Assembly: GCA_964016885.1 (NCBI GenBank)
Contig: OZ024742.1
Location: forward strand, 361,336,001-361,400,000
Source: Eledone cirrhosa
Taxonomy: Eukaryota
Reading direction: 5' to 3'
DNA length: 64,000 bases
Part shown: in pieces, positions 24,165 through 35,700 of the stretch
How positions within the stretch are numbered: position 1 is the stretch's first letter
Layout of the letters: each line of letters opens with the position of its first letter
Notes under the pieces: generated by a model
What the model was told of the DNA's origin: nothing
Databases searched by the model: none
The model's input: the letters and a program-made list of their open reading frames with translations, nothing else
Translations under genes and position numbers: made by a program

Positions 24165-26296
24165 GGCAAATATGTTCAAATAAGAATTTTTTTTTTTTTT
24201 TATAATATACTGTAAACATTTTTAATGACTGAAGTGAGAGAAAAAAAAAAGAAAAAAAAAAAAGAAAAAAGGAGGGAAGCAAAAACAAAAATGACCATCA
24301 ATTCACTGCAAAGTATGACAATCGGTGGGACATCATTAGTGTCAATAGAACACTTTGAAGCAAACCAACTCACTTGCAACATTACTACGGGTAAGAACTG
24401 AAACTAATTTCCTGATTAAATGTTTCAAGAATCTACCTGTGTAATATAATTTCCATTGTATTACTGGTATGTTTAGACTAGGCGTGAGAGAAATTTTATA
24501 GGAAGAAGTTAACTAGTATAATACTAATATTAATACATGAGGTATTAAAAGCTAGGCGAACCCTGGAGGTATGATTTTAGAATATATAGGGAAGACATTT
24601 GAGCATTGCAAAGTATTTAATTTGGTGTCCTACTATCTCTGATTTCAGATTACTGAAACACAGAAAGGATAAATTTAGGAGCATAATCGGATATATTTAT
24701 CTGATAAGATGAGACTATGAGACCAATGAATAAATGAGCAAGTAGAGACAGCTGGGAGAATGGCCATAATTATGTTAATAATAATAACAGTAATAAGAAG
24801 GATCATTTGAACTACAGTTATCTGAATAGAATAAATTGTACCAATATCAATATCTATGGCAATATATGTCATTATTAAACCACTTTAATGTTTAAAGATA
24901 TTATAATGTGTTTGAAAACTTCTTTTGTGAAATCATATCTCAGATTCCATCTTATTTGCTTGCAGAAGTTTAGACGTCGGCATAAGGGGTTTATAACATA
25001 TGGAAATCTTTATTTTGACTAGTTGCCAGCACAAGTACTCTTACACACTAACTCAAACAAAATATACACAGATTATATAACATGACACCTGCTCTCTCTC
25101 TGCCTTACACATACAGACATACATTATTTTGTATGCTGTACATTACTCACAAGTGTCTATATATTTATGCATATATACATAAGTTTCAAAGATTATAACA
25201 TATGCTAGTAATTCAAAGTCTGATGAATATCCAGTAAATAATTACACAAATATTTATGCTTGGCACTTTGCCTGGATACAAATATATTTAAAATACTTAT
25301 TAGTAGATATTAAGATAATTGCTACTGTCCATTTCCTATAATAAAAACAAAGCATTGAATTGAATGCAGAGTTTCTTAAGACAATGCAGTAGTAAATTTG
25401 CTGATTTATATTAATGTGTTTGAATTCTCATCTAGTGTCACAACATTTTAGATTATCAGTTCTTAAAGTAAAGATACCAACATTTTCAGTAATAATTATA
25501 CTTCCTTGTTGCATGCTATGTCCACCTTTGTTTTTCACATTCTGCTCTAATTTTTGTTATTCAGAAAGTTTTTACTTATATTTGATGTGGTATCATCTGA
25601 GATACTGTTTAGAATATTTCTATCAATTAAAACAAATTATTTATTCCATGCTATGTTATAAAATAAAATTACAGACAATAAATCAATTCATAGTTGTATA
25701 AATAGCATTATGTGTATTGGTAAAAATATGGAAGAAAAATTAAAAGGATAAAAACAAAACCAAGCAACAAATAGAGGGTGAAGGGGTAAAGAATGGAACA
25801 TCTGGCTGTATAGAAAAGTAGAGGAAAGGGCTATAAATGCCATACATTTAGAAATTCAACAGTTAATAGAATAATCAATTACATCGTAACTAAGGAACAA
25901 AATCTTGATTTCATGTTATCCAACAGAAAATTATATATGTTAGACAGAGAGAATATTTGAGGAAGCAAAGGGAAATTACAACTTGATAGCAACTGGTAAG
26001 GGATGCATCATGGAGGATATAAAAGCAAAAATGTAAAAAAAATAGATATAATGGGGAAAGAAAATTCACATAAACTATGTATGTAACATATTCCTGCAAT
26101 TTAATTTTGTTCAATCTAAAATAAATTATAAGATCTTAAATTTCAATGTCCATAAAAATATAGCTTTTTTTTGTTCATTTAGAAGTGGCTCTCATGTATT
26201 ACAATTTAACAAAAGACCAGCAATAATTTACTGTGACCTATCACCATCTTTAAATCTAACTTTTTTCTCACATACTGTTGAAAATATAGGTTATTA

Positions 26297-26492
26297 TATG
26301 AGGAGTACTGAAAAGTTCCTCATTTTAAGGGTATCATGAAATGGTAGAGCTATTACCTTTACAAGAGAGGTAGGACCACTGCAATAAGTGTGTGAATCTC
26401 TGAGGGGAATATGTTGAATAACATTTCAATTAACTGATCCACCTGTATTTTTCTTTTACCCACATCCAGGAACTTGTCAGCATTCTTTCTTA
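26297..26492 (+). mobile_element. Mariner-derived MITE / internally deleted element
   Basis: TA-TGAGGAGTACTGAAAAGTTCCT ... AGGAACTTGTCAGCATTCTTTCT-TA degraded TIRs. The interior retains the transposase C-terminus HCNKCVNL*GEYVE*. Confidence 0.7.
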
Positions 26493-26994
26493 GATTTCTG
26501 TGTTAGTTGTTCAACGTAACATTCATCATTTTTTAAGAATAATTTCATTAAAAACAAAATATACTTACCTGAGGAAAACAAATGATATTCTACTTACCTG
26601 ATGTAAAACAAGTGAAATTGTTAATATTCCATATATATGTTTACAAATATCATACACAAATATAATACACCGGTTACATGTTTTTTCATACATTACTATC
26701 ACCAAAATCTAATGATTCTATTACAGAATATATATAAAGTGTTATATTACATGTAATGTGTATATGAAGACCACACACAATTGTATATGGTAAGACTTGA
26801 AAAAACAATGTGATTAAAAATGAAACAATATTAGCAAATTAAAAATAATAACTTGTCTTCCAGAATTACCAAAATGAATAAAAAATTTCACATTTTCATC
26901 TTCAGTTGACTAACTAGTTCTGTAAATATTATCAATGTTTCAGTTTATATGTTTTACATAATTGGCAAAGAGTGTCTGGATTATTTGTGTAATC

Positions 26995-27285
26995 TTCAGT
27001 TTCAGTCAGTCGATGACAGGTTTGCAGTTGAACCTGTAGCAAGGGAAACGTCTGGTGTTCTTGTCCCTAGAACCTATTCACCACCATTAGCATGGAGTTG
27101 GCTACCTGCAATTGTTAGCCTCATTATTTGGAATGGCTCTTCCAATGTGTCTCTCTCACCATCCTCTGGTGAAACGCCATCTCTATTCTGTCCACTTGGA
27201 CTGCAGGTAGGTCAGTGCATGTGTTCCCATTTGCACATAATAGAGAGAGATGGGGAGCGAGAGAGAGATGGCGAGTGAGAGAGAG
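26995..27285 (+). repeat. Unclassified dispersed repeat family X, copy 3, ending in a (GA)n-like tract
   Basis: Aligns with 10535-10815 (reverse) and 19900-20145. Confidence 0.7.
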
Positions 27286-28091
27286 AATATCAACTCACAC
27301 ATTTTCCAACTCTACTTCTGACATCCTGAATATCATTATACACAGAAACAACTGGCAAAGAGAATCTATATTACTTGTGTATGTTACAGTATATATAAGC
27401 ATTACATAACTGGCAGTGACTGAATTACTTGTGAATGGGGCCTGTATGAGAAATCCTAACAAATGAATGTTTTCACCTACATTAGAGTGTTTCATAAAAA
27501 TGCTCTAGAAGCTTAATATTAAACTCCATTTGCTTTGGGGTTAATTCTTGCTACAACAGCAAACTCTATGAAATATGATACCAGCTACATTTACCAAGCT
27601 ATTGAGAGTAACTGTCTTGACCTTAGACATAATGCAGTATTAAAATACAAAATGAGCCACTATATATGAAACTGGTTGTCTGCTATCCTGTCTTTTAACT
27701 CATCCATCTGAAGTTTCTTATATATGTAGATAATTAATGTTAATTTGGTAAGAATTACGGATATCTTTTGTTTTAATAGTGATATTTATAACATCTTATG
27801 CTATGTTCTAATAAATGCTTATGAATATATAAGTTAGAGTCTGCACACTGTCTGAAGTTCTTAACATATATCTTTAGAATATATATAATTAGAATACAGT
27901 AATCTTTTCAGTGTCAATCTTTGTAAGTAAGACTATGTAAATTTTGTGTTTGATGTTGAAAGACTTTCATATAAGAAGTATTTCTCTAGCTATGTTACAT
28001 AACATTGTTATTTTATCTTGAGTAAGCAACAACATCATGTTGGCTTTTGGGATTTTTGGTGCATATTTTAGTAATAGTTTGGTTGCATCAT

Positions 28092-28385
28092 AATCAGGAT
28101 TGGACATAATGGGGGGCAAATGGGGCAAATGCTGCAGGCTCCCTGCAGTGGGGGCTAACATGTGATGGCTGTAGCAATTTATTTGTGCCCCCAGTTGGGC
28201 CTTTTAGTTTAGGGATGGTTAGAATTTTGGAATTTAATATATGTATATATAACTTTTCAAATCCAATTATTTGCACCAAGCTAACTTTGATATGTAAAAT
28301 TGAGGGGTTTGCTGTGTATTATAATTTTTTGAGCATGAGTGGCTCCCCAAACCTGAAGTGTCCTAGGTCCTCCAAGGTCTAATGA
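28092..28385 (+). mobile_element. Probable hAT-type MITE remnant; partial second copy at about 29290-29385
   Basis: CAGG start and GGGGCAAATGGGGCAAATG subterminal repeats. GTAGCAATTTATTTGT.CC..CAG.TGGGC.TTTTAG.TTAGG.ATGGTTAG is shared with 29314-29366. Confidence 0.5.
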
Positions 28386-28866
28386 TAAAAGGCATTAAAA
28401 CCATGATTATCTTGCCTTGTTTAAGCCATTGGGTGTGATTGAGAGACATTTAGCTTTTATTTCAAGCATATAGAGTATATCTATATAGAATCTCTCTACT
28501 TTGCTTAATGTAAGTTTCAATTATTATTATTAAATGTCGAACAATTTCAATATATTATTTAATAGTTATTATATTATAAATTTGCCTGTGGATATTTGTT
28601 AAAAAATCATTTTCCACACTTGGCCAATGAATCTGTAAAGCAGGCATAAAATACTAATCTACTTAATGTGCATCAGTTAACAATATTTCTATATATGCAG
28701 GATCTAATTTGAAAATTATATGTGCTTGTATAAGATATCTATGAATTATGTGCTCTATTAAGCATATCTAACATATTTCTATATATATATATGTGAATGT
28801 GTAACTATCCATATAGACACTGCTACACAATGTTTTTTTTTTCTTGAATATTTCCATGTTTTCCAG

Positions 28867-28986
28867 TATCTACAATGCTTCCAGCGAAATTTTACATTCA
28901 ATTTGGTGATAAGCCTTTACAGAATAATTCTGGCCAAACATGTAAATTGACTGTAAAGATACCTGAGAAAATTAAACAGACAAAAT
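28867..28986 (+). CDS. Candidate 120-nt internal coding exon (phase 1-1), product unknown
   Basis: Acceptor TTTCCATGTTTTCCAG|, donor |GTGAGT. One open frame: STMLPAKFYIQFGDKPLQNNSGQTCKLTVKIPEKIKQTK. An 88-nt GT-AG intron with a very strong acceptor at 29074 follows. No homology recognised, and a competing minus-strand model exists. Confidence 0.3.
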
Positions 28987-29109
28987 GTGAGTAATGTTCT
29001 GATTAATCTAGTAAGGTTTAGAATGATTATGAAAGTGATATATTGAAATTCTTTTTTTCTTTTTTTTTTTACAGTTTTAAGTTAAGAAACATAAAAAATC
29101 AAAACTCAC

Positions 29110-29160
29110 CCCAGGCAAAAGAGTTGATAGTCAGCCACACAAAGCGGGCTGGTAATATAT
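29110..29160 (-). CDS. Candidate 51-nt exon on minus strand (alternative model), splicing to a putative last exon starting at 28962
   Basis: AATATTTTATAG| ... GGG|GTGAGT, then a 147-nt intron ending TTTAATTTTCTCAG|. The joined frame reads ILPARFVWLTINSFAW-GIFTVNLHVWPELFCKGLSPN*. Confidence 0.25.
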
Positions 29161-29720
29161 CTATAAAATATTATTACAATATCAGTTAGTTAAATTATTA
29201 TGAAAATATTTTATGAAATCAAAAATATATTTATAATATTAATTAGAGGCGAATTATTATCACCATATTATTAGCTAACACATAAGGGCGGTGGATTGGA
29301 ACCAGTGATAGACGTAGCAATTTATTTGTCTCCTCAGCTGGGCTTTTTAGATTTAGGATGGTTAGGAATTTTGAATTTAATAAGAAGATGAATAAGAAGA
29401 TGAAAAATATGAAGTAGAAGATTTTCAAATGAATCCAAATAAATTATTGAAGCATTAAAACAAACTAAAACATTTGAAATGGCTGAATTAAATGTACTAT
29501 AAAATATTTCTAGCCTGGCCACGAAGAACTACACTGCAGAGGAGAGGAGGATAACTAAATACCAAAGATAAACTGATGGATTTCTTTTTGTATAGGTTAC
29601 CACCAACACCTCCCTCAAGTGTCCTTGATCTCCACAACGCTGATATCCTCCATAAAAGCAGAAAGGCAGCAACCCACCTAAGAAAGAAGCCATGTGAGGG
29701 GTAATGGCTGTTTTAGTGAG

Positions 29721-32700
29721 TGTCAATGGCCCTTCTCCACAGTGATATCTCTGTCATGTCTACAGGGAATGGCTGTCAATGGCCCTTCTCCACAGTGATA
29801 ACTCGGTCATGTCTACAGGGAATGGCTGTCAATGGTCCTTCTCCATAGAGATAACTCTGTCATGTCTACAAGGAATGGCTGTCAATGGCCCTTCTCCACA
29901 GTGTTATCTCTGTCATGTCTACGGGGAAAGGCTCTCAATGGCCCTTCTCCACAGCAATAGCTCTGTCATGTCTATAGGGAATGGCTGTCAATGGCCCTTC
30001 TCCACAGTGATACCTCTGTCATATCTACAAGGAATGGCTGTCAATGGCCCTTCTCCACAGTGATACCTCTGTCATGTCTACAAGGAACGGCTGTCAATGG
30101 CCCTTCTCTACAGTAATACCTCTGTCATGTCTACAAGGAATGGCTGTAGATGAGCCTTCTCCACAGCAATACCTCTGTCATGTCTATAGGGAATGGCTGT
30201 CAATGGCCCTTCTCCACAGTGATATCTCTACCATGTCTACAGGGAATGGCTGTCACTGGCCCTTCTCCACAGTGATACCTATGTCATGTCTACAAGGAAT
30301 GGCTGTCGATGACCCTTCTCTACAGTAATACCTCTGTCATGTCTACAGGGAATGGCTGTAAATGGCCCTTGTCCACAGTGATATCTCTGTCATGTCTACA
30401 AGGAATGGTCGTCAATGGCCCTTCTCCACAGTGATACCTCTGTCATGTCTACAAGGAATGGCTGTCGATGACCCTTCTCTACAGTAATACCTCTGTCATG
30501 TCTACAGGGAATGGCTGTCAATGGCGCTTCTCCACAGTGATACCTCTGTCATGTCTATAGGGAATGGCTGTCAATGGCCCTTCTCCACAGTGATATCTCT
30601 GTCATGTCTACAGGGAATGGCTGTCAATGGCCCTTCTCCACAGTGATACCTCTGTCATGTCTACAAGGAATGGCTGGCAATAGCCCGTCTCCACAGTGAT
30701 ACCTCTGTCATGTCTACAGGGTATGGCTGTCATTGGCCCTTCTCCACAGTAATACCTCTGTCATGTCTATAGGGAATGGCTCTCAATGGCCCTTCTCCAC
30801 AGCAATACCTCTGTCATGTCTACAGGGAATGGCTGTCAATGGCCCTTCTCCACAGTGTTATCTCTGTCATATTACAGGGAATGGCTGTCAATGGCTTTTC
30901 TCCACAGTGATACCTCTGTCATGTCTACAGGGAATGGCTGTCAATGGCCCTTCTCTACAGTGAGATCTCTGTCATGTCTGCAAGGAATGGCTGTCAATGG
31001 CCCTTCTCCACAGTGATACCTCTGTCATGTATACAGGGAATGGCTGTCAATGGCCCACTCCATAGTGATACCTCTGTCATGTCTACAAGGAATGGCTGGC
31101 AATAGCCCGTCTCCACTGTGATACCACTGTCATGTCTACAAGGAATGGCTGTCAATGGCCCCTCTCCACAGTGATACCTCTTTCATGTCTACAGGGAATG
31201 GCTGTCAATGGCCCTTCTCCACAGTGATATCTCTGTCATGTCTACAGGGAATGGCTGTCAATGGCCCTTCTCCACAGCCATACCTCTGTCATGTCTACAG
31301 GGAGTGGCTCTAAATGGCCCTTCTCCACAGTGATACCTCTGTCATGTCTATAGGGAATGGCTCTCAATGGCCCTTCTCCACAGCAATACCTCTGTCATGT
31401 CTACAGGGAATGGCTGTCAATGGCCCTTCTCCACAGTGTTATCTCTGTCATGTCTACAGGGAATGGCTGTCAATGTCCCTTCACCACAGTGTTATCTCTG
31501 TCATGTCTACAGGGAATGGCTGTCAATGGCCCTTCTCTACAGTGAAATCTCTGTAACGTCTACAGGGAATGGCTGTCAATGGCCCTTCTCCACAGTGATA
31601 CCTCTGTCATGTATACAGGGAATGGCTGTCAATGGCCCATCTCTATAGTGATACCTCTGTCATGTCTACAAGGAATGGCTGGCAATAGCCCGTCTCCACA
31701 GTGATACCTCTGTCATTTCTACAGGGTATGGCTGTCATTGGCCCTTCTCCACAGTGATACCTCTGTCATGTCTATAGGGAATGGCTCTCAATGGCCCTTC
31801 TCCACAGCAATACTCTGTCATGTCTACAGGGAATGGCTGTCAATGGCTTTTCTCCACAGTGATACCTCTGTCATGTCTACAGGGAATGGCTGTCAATGGC
31901 CCTTCTCCACAGTGTTATCTCTGTCATGTCTGCAGGGAATGTCTGTCAATGGCTTTTCTCCACAGTGATACCTCTGTCATGTTTACAGGGAATGGCTGTC
32001 AATGGCCCTTCTCTACAGTGAGATCTCTGTCATGTCTACAGGGAATGGCTGTCAATGGCCCATCTCTATAGTGATACCTCTGTCATGTCTACAAGGAATG
32101 GCTGGCAATAGCCCGTCTCCACAGTGATACCTCTGTCATGTCTACAGGGTATGGCTGTCATTGGCCCTTCTCCACAGTGATACCTCTGTCATGTCTATAG
32201 GGAATGGCTCTCAATGGCCCTTCTCCACAGCAATACCTCTGTCATGTCTACAGGGAATGGCTGTCAATGGCCCTTCTCCACAGTGTTATCTCTGTCATAT
32301 CTACAGGGAATGGCTGTCAATGGCTTTTCTCCACAGTGATACCTCTGTCATGTCTACAGGGAATGGCTGTCAATGGCCCTTCTCTACAGTGAGATCTCTG
32401 TCATGTCTACAGGGAATGGCTGTCAATGGCCCATCTCTATAGTGATACCTCTGTCATGTCTACAAGGAATGGCTGGCAATAGCCCGTCTCCACAGTGATA
32501 CCTCTGTCATGTCTACAGGGTATGGCTGTCATTGGCCCTTCTCCAGAGTGATACCTCTGTCATGTCTATAGGGAATGGCTCTCAATGGCCCGTCTCCACA
32601 GCAATCCCTCTGTCATGTCTACAGGGAATGGCTGTCAATGGCCCTTCTCCACAGTGATATCTCTGTCATGTCTACAGGGAATGGCTGTCAATGGCCCTTC

Positions 32701-35700
32701 TCCACAGCCATACCTCTGTCATGTCTACAGGGAGTGGCTCTAAATGGCCCTTGTCCACAGTGATACCTCTGTCATGTCTACAGGGAATGGCTGTCAATGG
32801 CCCTTCTCCAAGGTGATACCTCTGTCATGTCTACAAGGAATGGCTGTCGATGACCCTTCTCCACAGAGATACCTCTGAGATGTCTACAAGGAATGGCTGT
32901 CAATGGCCCTTCTCCACAGTGATATTTCTGTCATGTCCACAAGGAATGGCTGTCGATGACCCTTCTCCACAGCAATACCTCTGTCATGTCTACAGGGAAT
33001 GGCTGTCAATGGCCCTTCTCCACAGTGATATCTCTGTCATATCTACAGGGAATGGCTGTCAATGGTCCTTCTCCACAGAGATATCTTTGTCATGTCTATA
33101 GAGAATGGCTGTCAATGGCCCTTCTCCACAGTGATATCTCTGTCATGTCTATAGGGAATGGCTGTCAATGGCTCTTATCCACAGTGATATCTCTGTCATG
33201 TCTACAGGGAATGGCTCTCAATGGCCCTTCTCCACAGTGATATCTCTACCATGTCTACAGGGAATGGCTGTCAATGGACCTTCTCCACAGTGATCCCTCT
33301 ACCATGTCTACAGGGAATGGCTGTCAATGGTCGTTCTCCTCAGTAATACCTCTGTCATGTCTATAGGGAATGGCTGTCAATGGCCCTTATCCACAGTGAT
33401 ATCTCTGTCATGTCTACAGGGAATGGCTGTCAATGGCCTTTCTCCACAGTGTTATCTCTGTCATGTCTACAGGGAATGGCTGTGAATAGCCCTTCTCCAC
33501 AGTGATACCTCTGTCATGTCTACAGGGAATGGCTGGCAATGGCCCGTCTCCACAGTGATACCTCTGTCATGTGTACAAGGAATGGCTGTCAATGGCCCTT
33601 CTCCACAGTGATACCTCTTTCATGTCTACAGGGAATGGCTATCAATGGCCCTTCTCCACAGTGATATCGCTGTCATGTCTACAGGGAATGGCTGTCAATG
33701 GCTCTTCTCCACAGCAATACCTCTGTCATGTCTAGAGGGTATGGCTGTCATTGGCCCTTCTCCACATTGATACCTCTGTCATGTGTATAGGGAATGGCTC
33801 TCAATGGCCCTTCTCCACAGCAATACCTCTGTCATGTCTACAGGGAATGGCTGTCAATGGCCCTTCTCCACAGTGATACCTCTGTCATGTCTATAGGGAA
33901 TGGCTGTCAAATTGCCCTTCTCCACAGTGATACATCTGTCATATCTACAGGGAATGGCTGTCAATGGCCCTTCTCCACAGCAATACCTCTGTCATGTCTG
34001 CAGGGAATGGCTGTCAATGGCCCTTCTCCACAGTGTTATCTCTGTCATGTCTACAGGGAATGGCTGTCAATGGCGCTTCTTCACAGTGATATCTCTGTCA
34101 TGTCTACAGGGAATGGCTGTCAATGGCCCTTCTCCACAGCAATGCCCTTGTCATGTCTACAGGGAATGGCTGTCAATGGCCCTTCTCCACAGTGATACCT
34201 CTGTCATGTCTACAGGGAATGGCTGTCAATGGCCCTTCTCCACAGTGTTATCTCTGTCATGTCTACAGGGAATGGCTGTCAATGGCCCTTCTCCACAGTG
34301 ATACCTCTGTCATGTCTATAGGGAATGGCTGTCAATGGCCCTTCTCCACAGCAATACCTCTGTCATGTCTACAGGGAATGGCTGTCAATGGCCCTTCTCC
34401 ACAGCAATACCTCTGTCATGTCTACAGGGAATGGCTGTCAATGGCCCTTCTCCACAGTGATACCTCTGTCATGTCTATAGGGAATGGCTGTCAATGGCCC
34501 TTCTCCACAGCAATACCTCTGTCATGTCTATAGGGAATGGCTGTCAATGGCCCTTCTCCACAGTGATACCTCTGTCATATCTACAGGGAATATCTGTCAA
34601 TGGCCCATCACTATAGTGATACCTCTGTCATGTCTATAGGGAATGGCTGTCAATGGCCCTCCTCCACAGTGATATCTCTGTCATGTCTACAGGGAATGGC
34701 TGTCAATGGCCCTTCTCCACAGTGATATCTCTGTCATGTCTACAGGGAATGGCTGTCAATGGCCCTTCTCCACAGCCATACCTCTGTCATGTCTACAGGG
34801 AGTGGCTCTAAATGGCCCTTCTCCACAGTGATACCTCTGTCATGTCTATAGGGAATGGCTCTCAATGGCCCTTCTCCACAGCAATACCTCTGTCATGTCT
34901 ACAGGGAATGGCTGTCAATGGCCCTTCTCCACAGTGTTATCTCTGTCATGTCTACACGGAATGGCTGTCAATGTCCCTTCACCACAGTGTTATCTCTGTC
35001 ATGTCTACAGGGAATGGCTGTCAATGGCCCTTCTCTACAGTGAAATCTCTGTAACGTCTACAGGGAATGGCTGTCAATGGCCCTTCTCCACAGTGATACC
35101 TCTGTCATGTATACAGGGAATGGCTGTCAATGGCCCATCTCTATAGTGATACCTCTATCATGTCTACAAGGAATGGCTGGCAATAGCCCGTCTCCACAGT
35201 GATACCTCTGTCATTTCTACAGGGTATGGCTGTCATTGGCCCTTCTCCACAGTGATACCTCTGTCATGTCTACAGGGAATGGCTGTCAATGGCCCTTCTC
35301 CACAGTGATATCTCTGTCATATCTACAGGGAATGGCTGTCAATGGTCCTTCTCCACAGAGATACCTTTGTCATGTCTATAGGGAATGGCTGTCAATGGCC
35401 CTTCTCCACAGTGATATCTCTGTCATGTCTATAGGGAATGGCTGTCAATGGCCCTTATCCACAGTGATATCTCTGTCATGTCTACAGGGAATGACTCTCA
35501 ATGGCCCTTCTCCACAGTGATATCTCTACCATGTCTACAGGGAATGGCTGTCAATGGACCTTCTCCACAGTGATCCCTCTACCATGTCTACAGGGAATGG
35601 CTGTCAATGGTCCTTCTCCTCAGTGATACCTCTGTCATGTCTATAGGGAATGGCTGTCAATGGCCCTTATCCACAGTGATATCTCTGTCATGTCTACAGG

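Noticed and set aside
24675-24872. 65-aa minus ORF with an FN3-like or transmembrane-like look (DIGTIYSIQITVVQ)
   Set aside because: Low-complexity ATT-rich sequence with no supporting splice sites.
26561-26571. ATACTTACCTG matches the U1 snRNA 5' end
   Set aside because: Similarity stops after 11 nt, with no U1 stem-loops or Sm site. It is simply the reverse complement of a consensus donor.
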